Below are positions 40,701 to 52,700 of a DNA stretch of 64,000 nucleotides, one piece after another; within the stretch, counting starts at the first letter, position 1; each line of letters opens with the position of its first letter. Source of the DNA: Owenia fusiformis. Taxonomy: Eukaryota. The DNA is taken from the NCBI GenBank assembly GCA_903813345.2, contig CAIIXF020000001.1, positions 21,514,001 to 21,578,000 of the forward strand, read 5' to 3'. The translations under genes were made by a program, and so were the position numbers. The notes beneath the pieces were generated by a model. The model made no database searches, was not told where the DNA came from, and worked only from the letters and a program-made list of their open reading frames with translations.

Positions 40701-43700
40701 AGGGGGTGAGGCAAACGATATCCGAATAGCAACTTGATAGGAAAAAAATTCCAAAAATGAAGTAAACGTACAAGGTGTTTCATAATGTCAGGAAAGATAT
40801 TCTGTAATAAATAAAGGTCAAAGGGATGCCATTTGTACTTTTTGAATTGTAGCATGTTTAGTTGATCCAAATGTGTTTGTCTAGAATAAAATAGGCTCAT
40901 ATATAGTACATATGTTATAGACCCATCTCTTCTCAAATTGACTTTTTGGAGCTCGTTATGAAACACCCTGTATGTCATTTGTTGAGCTAGTGAATGGGTA
41001 GTTTCCAGGAATTGCTAGAACCTATTGGTTTGATTGGTGTTTCAAATTGATGGTTAAAGTATTTGATTGGATACTGTTCCTACTCAGCCAATTAATTTAA
41101 AAAAATGCTTGCGATCAATTGTTCCACACACATGTAGGTAAAGCTTTATACTGAGATCCAACTGTATACGTTTTCCGGAATACGTTTATCATCTACGAAT
41201 ATATACCGTTTTGTAAATTCATTGAACTTATACTGATTATGAAAACTTTGAAATAATCAACTTGTTTATGTAATGACTCACTTTAAAGGATCATGACTCA
41301 TTTTAAAGGATCGTGTTTATAATACACTACAACTACTAGGACACTGAAGCAAGCATTTAATTATAATGTGCATAATCTACACGTGCAGATGACAGTGCAT
41401 TCAGTCTCTAGTTGATGGAGCTTTTCTCTATCGGGAATAGTTATGTTCCATTAACTACAATTTAAAATTGATTTTAGTAGATATAATAGTTCGACATGAC
41501 CCTTTAAAGTATACGTATACGTATAAGTTGCACTTTCACTTATGTGCGGAATCTCTCTAATATTTGCAAGAAATGAATTGTCAACAGTGTATGATAAGAT
41601 GAAAATATGTACACATTATCAGAAAAAATGGAATCATTTTCAAGTGAATCTCTATTAAATTCAATGAATGACATTTCTATTATATCATACTGCAAAGGAC
41701 TTGTACCCCAAGATTGTCATTCTGCTCCTAATATGGTTATAATTTTGGAAAGATTGTTGATAATGGCATACCATCAATTTATCAGCCCTTTGTTATTTTT
41801 GACAAATATGGAAAAAAGTGCAGATATTCTGGGATTAGTAAGAGAAAAACGCTTGAAAGTTGCATGTAGGTTCCTTGGGATTTCTTCCATAATAAAGGCA
41901 TGACTACAATACATGTACATGTATAGTTAAATCTATCCTTTGGGTCTGGGATGACCTTCATTTTTATATGAGGAGGGCCCTTCATTTAAAATATTGATAC
42001 CCAAGATAGATACTTCCAAGATTTTGTATGAATATACAACTACGGTGTATTGCAATTTTACTGTGTGAGCAGATTCAACAATATTGAAATGTTCATGTAC
42101 TAGAAGTACTCTACACTCAATTTGTATAATCATGTTATGCTTAATTGGGTGAATCAGGTTGGGCCATTTTACAATTTTAGTTAAGGTATGAGATAGGTCA
42201 TGGAATTAGGTCATTTGGGCCTTTTCTCCCATGGAAGCTATGACCTAAATATGAGGTGGAAAATGGCCCATGCCATAGACTGATAGATGGCAGTTGTGAG
42301 TTCACTTTCAAATGTGTGTGAATTCATTTAGATATTTTCTCAAACAGTGAAAAATGGCAATGTATCATTTCAGAATGACAAAATAGTAAAAAAAATTGTC
42401 AGCAGAAATTTGGGTTTTTACAGTATAGGCCATATAAGTTGTCACTTTTTGTCAGGGAACTAAAAAGTCTAAAAATTGTCTAGAGGGGCTCTCAAGTGAC
42501 AAGAGTTTGTGATAACCAACCAAAAATGGAATTGCCTGGCAAGGAGTGTTATAATGGAATACGTATAAGAAACTCTACAATACAAGTTACATATCTAAAG
42601 TATTTATAAATATGGTATAACATGTTTCCCGATAGACCCACCCCCCCCTAAATTTAACCAGGATTTTCAAGGTGTAACCATTTTGAACCTCAGTGACATT
42701 AAGTCATGGCAAACATGCTTTGTGCACTGCTTTTGCACCGATTGTTTTATGATTCTGTCAAAGCAGCATCATAGTGGTTCAAATTCTTCCCTTCAGGATA
42801 TTTAATAAGTTTATTTGATTTTAAAATTTCAAGTGGATTGAGCACTGGAGACAATGTTTTTATTTATTCCAGGGTTTCTTCGGTAAAGGTACTCTATCAA
42901 GACTTCAACCAAATTACAACACCTGGTTCAGGAAAGCCACTGTTGTAGAAAACACTCAGGAAACTAGCACTAAAGAAGAAAACCAAATATGTGAGCCTAA
43001 AGACAAAACTACTGGAGAGGAAAGGGTTAATACTAATATTTCTGGAGAGGAAAGAGTTAAAGCAGGAATATCCAGAGAAGAAACTCTTAAAACTGATTAT
43101 GCAGGCCGGACCAAAGATTTGCGCATTATGAACAAAAGAAAGTAAGTACTATCAATCTAGATCTATATTTAAGCAAGGTTTTCATTTTTATGAGCTTTAT
43201 TTCATTAAACGTGATAAAGATCTTCCTTTATTCACTTTATATATGATAAAAAAATGAATTATGGTGAATATTTTTCATTTGCAAACCACAAAAGTGAATA
43301 AAAATATAATCATAAGTATCCGAAATTGGAAAAATACATATCAATAATTCATATTCTCTTGTTTAAGCAACATGATTTACAGAATTGAGTTGTTTTTTTA
43401 TGACTTTTTAAGCAACCACTAATATCAATTTAATAACATTTGTTCGCTTTAGTCTGAATCATCAACTAATTATAATGTAAAATACATGAAGTGAATGTAC
43501 ATGTAGTAAGTGTACATATAGTAAGTGTACATGTTGTAAATATTCATATTTCAACACCAAATATTTAGCTTCTTAAATTAATTTCAAAGTTTTCAAGTCT
43601 CACATCACAAAAAATGATGTTCAAATCTGAGCTTGAGGAAATATAGACACAAAAGCTCATTTATCAAAATTTATTCATATCTTTCAGTGTCAGTGGCTGC

Positions 43701-46700
43701 ATGATTCTTTCCCAGTTTCAATCATTGATCCTCATCAGATTTGTTCATTCTCCAATATTGCATGATGGAAATTTCAATTAAAAATAAATAATTCAAATTA
43801 TGTTATTGTGAGCTCATTGTTCAACTGTCCCAACTCACTCTCATTGGAGTATTTGATCTTTTAGAACAATTCTACGCATTTTATATTATATGAGTTCAGT
43901 CAATGAAAAGTTTAATTAAAATGTATAATGACAAAGAAAGTCGTCAGAATGTATCTCTGTGTCAAATACTGACATCTCACTTGTCAATTTCTACTGACAT
44001 ATACTGCTTTCTCATGCGTCAAGATTTATTGACATCTCAAGAGGTTGTAAAACTTATAAGAAGAATATAAAGTGTTTTATGGTAAAGATGTCATTGCTAT
44101 CTCTCAACTGATGCGCTTCAAAAGTTGCCCTAAGCATTTCTAGACCTTATGGATTGTCACTACTAGGATCATGTTTGTATGAGCTGACATCTTTGTTTGC
44201 ATAAGCTGACATCTTTGTTTCTATAAACTGACATCTTTGTTTCTATAAGCTGACATCTTAGTGCTTAGAAACTACCATCTGGTATCCCGTAAAGCCTTGG
44301 ATCTGGTTGTGTGTCATTTCTACCAATTAAATGATGGACACTTGCACTTATATGTGTCCTACCAATTGACTGGGAGACACTTGCATTCAGTGTAGGTGTC
44401 CCATAATCTGCAAGGAGTGTTATCAGACCTCCTGCACATATTGTATCCACAGCATGGGAACTCACTCCCTCCACAGTAGCCATCCTTAGAGATACCATAG
44501 CCACACTGAAATGGAGAAACATTGTTTTGGAAGATTTTACCCTATAAGACCTACTTTTTGACAAAAGTTTTTCACAAGCTTTCCGATGGTACCATTGGTT
44601 TTAAAATCCCATTGATTTTCACATTGGTTTTTAAATGAAATATGTGGGTCATCTGAACCCCCTTTGGCCATGTATAGTTTATGGGCTAAATTGACACATT
44701 AAAACGAACAATTTTTGTCAAACAAGTCCACAAACAACTCTGTGAATAATTTGCCTACATGTATTTGGTAAAACTGACATGTGAGCATAACTAGATTGAA
44801 AATGTGATTTTGTTTTTTGAGGTATTGATGTACAAGTACACCAGTGAACAATAGAGAATATTTCACGGAAAAGTGAGAAACTTCCAAAATTAGAGAGTTG
44901 CATTTTTCTTGGTCACCTTGTACTTGCATTTTATTTCACTGGCTTATGGACTTATTTTTTCTGACATATTGGACTGGCTTATTGTATTGACTTTATGACT
45001 GATGGTGATTTATTATACTGACATATTAGATTTATTGTACTGACCTGATCTTCATTGGGGTTATCCAAAGATGAGTCACCAAGATCAGATCTGCACACAC
45101 AATGTTTTCTATTTGCATCTTTTTGGCATGGCTGCCATTTACGCAGGAATACATTGAACTGTTGGCAGTGTTCTTGAGACACACATTCATCAGACATCCC
45201 ACCGCAATATACAGCTTTTGTCTTCTCTTTGGTTTCTCGGCCCTGGAAGGAGTCATGTTTTAGATTGAGTATATAGTAATTTCACAGGTTTTTCCCCAAC
45301 AGGTGTCAAAATAAGTAGGCCTAAATATTAGAATCTCTTTTGACAGGATACAAATATGGTGGCATCTTATTTGTGAATTTTCAACAGGGTGAAGCTATTG
45401 ATTTTATAATATTGATTGTACAGTGAAACCTGCGAGAAAATGTGTTCACTGTAGGTAGGTCTTCATTACATAGAGGATAATTAATACAGAAGTCAATGTG
45501 AAGAGGAAGGGTGTTTACTAGAGACAGGTGTTCACTAGAGAGAGGTGTTCACTAAGACAGGTTTTACTGAACACTGATTATTGGTATAGGTATCTGGCAA
45601 CTTTAATACTTGTATAAATGATGGTGGGAGGAGTATTTCAAAATATCTTTGTTTCAATGTTGGACACAATGATAGTTTTATGGATGTCTTGTCTGAATAT
45701 TTATTTTTTTAAATAATTCTGTGACAATTATTTCTATATATTTAAGTAAAATTCTATATTTTTCAATAATTAAGAGTCTGGATTTGAAATATGAAATGCC
45801 CTGACCCAAGACAACCTCTACGTTATCTAAATGGTCCTTAATGCCCTTGTTAACTTGCTATAAATATATTATGTTATCAAACGAGACTGATGAACAACTC
45901 GAAATAAGGCCAGACTTGTAAGTAAACAATATTATGATGTTCAAAACAAGTTAATATTTATTTAATTCAATAATTTCTTTGTAATTCAAAATGCATGTAA
46001 GAGAAAAATTGTTTGAAGACCCAATAGAATTGTTAGAAACATTGGCTTGATGTTTCATTCATAATATTTCATATCTGATTAGAACTGTATATTATATATG
46101 TACAGGTATGTAGTTATACGAGTGCAAAGTTTCGCAATCTAATTTTCAAGATTAAATATTTCATATACTTGTCCAAAAGCTATTAATTTCTCAACAGTGA
46201 TATCTTATTTTGGGTCTATAAGTGTGATTGTCTCTCCATGTCTTGTTAAATAAGGAAGCATTAAATGTTGCTTGGTTCATCAAGTCTCTTCTGGAGAGCC
46301 TATATGTATTGATAGGTCAGAAATATATGTGCTGTTGTATATCAGTTTTATTGAGGACCGATTCTATGACATGACTTTCAATTTTATTTCGCCATCTCAG
46401 AAGATTTTCATTTAACATTACATTACATTTACTTCTGAGATAAATACCCAGTAAGACTTTTCATTAAAGTACTTTTGAAATAAAGCCCATGGGCTTTTAT
46501 TACAAAAGAAATAATTTAAATTACATTCATTCAAGAACTCAAGTTCTCATTACAGATCTAGAAGTTTTGAATTTCATAGCACGTGTTAACTTTTTTAGTA
46601 AGAACACAATTTTATTATTTGCCAAAAATTCTTAAACTGTTCAGGGTGAAGGGGATATTATTTAAACAGATCATCTTTCTTTCTACCCCCATCCATTTTT

Positions 46701-49700
46701 GAAAATTATTTGCATAATATTGACAGATATGCGCAAATCAAACTAAATTAATTAATATCCATAGTTAGTAACACAAAACAGAAAGTATAAGAAAAACTCA
46801 CCTTTAGCTGTTTGACGTTTTCATGTTTGTCTGATGGCATAAAGCGACCAAATTTAAAGGTTGAAGCACTGATCGAAAACTTAAGTTGCAAACATATCAC
46901 CACCAAAATAACCTCCATTGAAACAAGTGAATGAGTTTTGAAAAACATAATTCAGTCTTTGATTGTTAGTTTTTACTCTGATTTTATTTTCTTTGCTATA
47001 TCCGATTTCTGTAAATGTTATTTCTGATTTGTGTTTCGGGTTTCAGACATAAATTTCCTGTAAAATCTTATACCTTTGTCTATCCAGAATATGAAATTGC
47101 AAATAGGTTTGCTAAATCTTGCTAAGCAATTTATACTCGGCTGCTTGAGACAATCATAGTCAGAGAATATTAACTTAGGGGGTTATCTCAAAGGGATTGC
47201 TCTGAATTCTATTTTATTCATTTTCTTGACTGCGAGATAACCCCTTCGAATGTGTAAGTAAATAGACTTTTTAAAGTGTGAAGTATTTTTTCCAAAAATG
47301 GAACACAGAAACACTAAAAAAAATTCACATACCTTTGGCTAAAGCCTTTCATTAAAAACAGTTAATAGTTTATAACTGTGTGCATTGATTTTCGAGTAGG
47401 ACTTACACAAAATTATCTTCACTCAGAATGGAATCATTTGGGATCATATGGAACAAGCTAATATAAAATGCATTGATGGCAAATCTTGACCATTTTAAAT
47501 AAAATACCCATATATCCAAGTCAGCGCTACAAACTACAATCAGACGTATTGATTTTTCATTTTCAATTGTTATGAAATCTTGAATGTGGAGTTTATGAGT
47601 TTATATCTCGGAAGAAAGTGCATTGTTGGGTCTTTTTACTATACGCACTCTAGTTATAGCTTCATATCAAAGAATCATTACTCGTTTGAAGAGTGCAAAC
47701 TAAATTGAGCTCTTGTTATGGGTAATTAATCAGCATGTAGCAGAGAAATTTGAGGATTCAAGAGACTAAAATTAAACATTGTTATTCACTGATGGGTAAT
47801 AGAATGTGAATGCTAAGTGATGATAAATCTGCACACTCAAAAATGAATGTCTAGTAAATATTTTTTAATTTGTCTATCATAGTCTTAATGTTGCATAAAG
47901 ATTTTTTTACTTTCCCACTGAACAAAGTATGAGAATGGATATATTGAAGCTATTCTTTCATTTGTCTGTCTGCGTGATAGGTAACTCAAATACCAGTTGT
48001 CGAAATTGGTTTCAATTTAGTAGGCTAATATGTTTTATGGGCATAAGCCATACACTTAGGAATTAAAATCTGATTTGTTGCTTTAACATTGCTGGGTGAA
48101 TTTCTCTATTTTAGTATTTTACACTTTTTACATTTAGGAACTCGACTTGACATTTTTTAATTGGGGCTTTATTTAAATTGTCTGCCATTTTCTGTAAAAA
48201 TTATGTTTTTTGCATGCTATAACTTAAATTGCTGTACATTCTTTCACTTTTTCGCTATGAGGATTGTAGCATCTTCGCACGCTTGGTCTTCACTGAGTCC
48301 AGATGGGAGCTGAGTGAACGGAGATGACTTCTTAGAGTTCTTGTTTTTCTAGTTCAACATTCCTAAATATGTAACTGAGCATATAAAAATGCGTCTGCGG
48401 TTTTTCTCAAGTAGCGAATGATTAATTTTAAGTATTGGGATGGTGTTTAAACTCTAGTTTATTGAACATGAATTGTTTTTCTCTCCTTAATGATTCATCT
48501 AATATGGAATGCTTAAGTAAGTTTATTGGCAGCTCTTGGAGGAAAATAGTTCCTAACAAATTGATATCGACACCAATTCTTGTAATAATTCGTAAATCTG
48601 AAAAATCCCTTACAATTCATCAGAACATTGAAGGACATCACCTTTTTCCCTATTTTTAAAGTACATGTACCATTCCCATTGACTTTATTTTAACGCTACC
48701 ATTTTAACTCTCTATATTCACCTTTCACCAAAAATGGATATTTTAGGGTGGAGCTTACAATCAGATAATTCAGGTTAGTGACATCAATTTTAGGTTCTGT
48801 TGATCATGTTTACGACAAATTACATAAATCAGACAGTAGGTTGGGAAAACAATCTAGGCTCCTGTTGCAGAATATTACAACTCATTATACTTATTATTTT
48901 ATGAAATAATAATGTAATCTGAAACTAATTGAAGTTATTCGCAACTTATTCCCTATTTTGTGTCGGACAAATAATGTGATCAGTGTTTGAGATATCACAT
49001 GCTGAATGAATGTCCTGAAACTGGTTACCATTTGACAGTTTTATATTATTTCCACAATATGTTGCCCAGATGATATATCGTCAATTAAATTATGAATATT
49101 CAAAAGAGGACATTTAAATCTACAATATGTAAAAATATCAAAATTGTCCGAAGCAGGCGTAATGTGCAGAAGACCCATTCAATAAAAGACAAGTTTTGGT
49201 TTAGAGAATGAAGTTCATCAGTCTACTGCGCTGATTATGAAAAATATAGAAATAACACCCAAATCAAATTATGGATATTCAAAAGAGGAAATCTAAATCT
49301 ACAATATGTCAAAATTGTCCAAAGCTGATGAACTTCTTTCTCCAAACCGAGACTAGTCCTTTGAAATCACAATCATTAGCAAAATATGCGAGTTGCATTT
49401 ATGTAAAGACTGAAACACTTGATAAGCTCTTGTATAGTATTAAGGAAGTATCTCAAAAATTCAATCCAGGATTGTTATCTCTTAAGAGACACGGCATATA
49501 GTTAACATTCATACATTGATTTAAAGAGATGCTCCCCAAGGTCAGGTAATAAAACAATTTTATTCTGTTTTGATCGCCTCCCACATGGCTTCCTGAAGCT
49601 CTCCTATATCTCTACCAACTGCATAATCTTTCTCATCAAATTTGGGAGAATAATCTCCCTTTTCCTTTCTTCTTTAAGTTCATAGCCGTAGGCAGCGGGG

Positions 49701-52700
49701 GTTCGGTGGGTTCGAACGAACCCCCGGTCAGGATTTCCCAAAATATCATTTTGTGGAAAAATGCATATAACCAGAAACATTAAATTACTACATGCTATTT
49801 GAAAACTAGGCATAGGTTTATATGACCAGTAAATAAATTGATATTTGTTATGGTGAACACGAGAGCCTTATTTTGTTAAAACACATGTCATAGTGAAGTT
49901 ACACTTCCCTCAAAACGTTTTGCAACCTTAGGCATACGGGGTGAGATTTAATTTTGGGCCCCAGAGCATGAGATTTTACATTTAGAAATAACAATAATTT
50001 CGCACAATTAATTTAAAAGCTGCTTCTTCTCGGACAAAATAACCCATCTTGGGCAATAGCTAAATCAGTCCTCTGAAGGAATTTTGTTTTAAGCCAGTTC
50101 TGGTCCAATACGAAGTTATTGAAAGTTATTGAAAACAATGCAGACGTCCCATACTCCGAATGATTTTTACAACATTTACGAATAAATATCTGGAATAGTC
50201 GTATAATATTGATGAAACAAATGTTCTTTCAAATGTGTACATCTCTGTTTTGTTTTATTATGTCACCACCAAAAGTGGTGACATATTGTTATGGTCTCCG
50301 TTTTTTTGCGACGGCGGTTGGCGTCCGGCGGTTGGAGGTTGGCGTCCGGCGGTTGGAGGTTGGCGTCTGTAACAATTTCTTACAACTTCCTATAACTTAA
50401 CAAATACTGTTTAGACTGACTTCAATTTTTTTCTAAATCATCTACATGTTCTCAGAAGTTCAAATCTCACTTTAGATTTGACATTTGACCTTCAATGACC
50501 TTCTCAAGGTCAAAAAGGTCTTTTTTTCAACTTGCTTCACATTGACTAAATTTTTTTTCAAAATCATCTACATGTTCTCAGAAATTCAAATCTGACTTTA
50601 GATTTCACATTTGACCTTCAAATCTGACTTTAGATTTGACATTTGACCTTCAATGACCTTCTCAAGGTCAAAAAAGGTCAAAAAGGTCTGTTTTCAACTT
50701 GCTTCAAATTGACTAAAATTTTTTTTCAAAATCATCTACGTGTTCTCAGAAATTCAAATCTGACTTAAGATTTGACTTAAGATTTGACATTTGACCTTCA
50801 ATGACCTTCTCAAGGTCAAAAAAGGTCAAAAAGGTCAAAAAGGTCTGTTTTCAACTTGCTTCAAATTGACTAAATTTTTTTTTCAAAATCATCTACGTGT
50901 TCTCAGAAATTCAAATCTGACTTTAGATTTGACTTAAGATTTGACATTTGACCTTCAATGACCTTCTCAAAGTCAAAAAAGGTCAAAAAGGTCTTTTTTC
51001 AACTTGCTTCAAATTGACTAATTTTTTTTTTCAAAATCATCTACATGTTCTCAGAAATTCAAATCTGACTTTAGATTTGACATTATACCTTCAATGAACT
51101 TCTCAATGTCAAAAAAGGTCAAAAAGGTCTGTTTTCAACTTGCTTTAAATTGACCAAATTTTTTTAGGTGGTGACATTTTGTCATGTTAATGCCTTGTTT
51201 CAATTACAATTTAAAATATTTCTTGGAACAGCCCCTGGGGCTGGCAAGTACCCCAAACCAATTGCAGAAAATTAATTTAAAACGTTGTGAAATGAATAAC
51301 CCAGATGCGAGTAGAAATAATCTTGATTTACGTCATTAAAAATTCAAAAGTCAGTCAAAGTAATATCATATTTAAAATCTACATGTAAAATTACATCTAG
51401 AAATGTGGTTTTAAAAAGTGTGTATCAACTTTGAAAAATTAATTTTCTTTGAAAATGTGACTTCTAGCTCGGGGAGATTCCCCATAGACCCCATGCTATA
51501 AAATCACAAAAAATGAAATATCTTTTCTTTTAGTGGACAGATAATATTTTGCTTTACTGGACATATTTTCATTAGTATAAGTATCAGACACATAAGGGTT
51601 ATATTAAAATTAAGCCACTTAAATTGATAGTATTCAAGTTTAAGGGAACTTTCTTATATACCTGCCATGTTAATTGACCCGAATCAGCCACCTGGTGGTG
51701 AAACTGGTAACTACCTACTCGCATTTGGGTAATTATCTAAAAGCGTATGTGAACGACCGAACGACTAGATTTGTGGTGTACGTCAATTTATTCACTTTAC
51801 AGAGCCAGAGGGGCTAGAAACAAATCATAACAAGCAATTACAATATAATAATAACATTGCATGAAATGGCATTGGCAAGGCTTATCAATATTACAGTATG
51901 AAATGGCATTGGCAAGGCTTATCAATATTACAGTACGAAATGGCATTGGCAAGTTTATTTGAAACACAATCTAATTTGACTATTTTACATTTGACAACAT
52001 GAATGCTAACTTAATTGAATGTTTGGCATGTTAACTTACAGAACTGGCTCTTGCTTTGAGCTTGAGGGAAATGTGGGAACCAATGGTGGTGAATCTGTGG
52101 CCTAACACACTGCCTGAATAAAAATTACAATACATTTCTAAGTTGACAAAAATACCATAAATGATTGGTAAAATATCAGAAATATGTGTTGTATTTAATC
52201 AAGTAATATCTAATAAAGCATATAAAAGTAAAATAAAGAGTGGATGGCTTACCAATATGAACGATTGTGGATGATTTTGTAGATTTTCTGGAGAGGTAAA
52301 AATATATATGTGGCTATTGTAGTGACTGTAAGCAAGAGGAAGTTGCACATTTATGTGCCAGCTATTTATGTGAATTGAAACATGAAATCTATATAGTGCC
52401 ATCTATAAATGCAACTATAAACTTTAAAGTGCAGTTGGTCACATCCACGCGGACAACGTTGACAGACCATCACAGTTAAATATTACTTTGTTTTTATGAC
52501 CAAAAGTGTACATGGTTATACAATTCTAAAGTTAAATGTTAATGAATTCTGAGAATTATGCCTTTAAAACATATGCCATTAAAAGTAATGCTTTTTACAT
52601 AAATGAATGCCAAAATAATGCCTTAATATGCCATTTTACATTTTAATACAAAAATGTGTTGCCATTTACTGGCTTTTTAGCCCAAAATGTACACCCCAAA

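Larger units (their letters stand above)
38255..42282. mobile_element. ~4-kb non-autonomous TIR element (hAT5-like) carrying nested MITEs
   Basis: Perfect 28-bp TIR CAGTCTATGGCATGGGCCATTTTCCACC, 5-bp TSD ATAGA (38250-38254 and 42283-42287) and subterminal GGGCCATTTT repeats. Confidence 0.8.

Noticed and set aside
44265-44564. 99-aa ORF from the track
   Set aside because: Wrong frame; the spliced Cys-rich frame 44505-44359 explains the region.
48240-48640. Possible decayed retroelement coding fragment
   Set aside because: Multiple stops and no motif I can identify with confidence.
50410-51160. CRISPR-like array
   Set aside because: Eukaryotic context, and the units are tandem without unique spacers.
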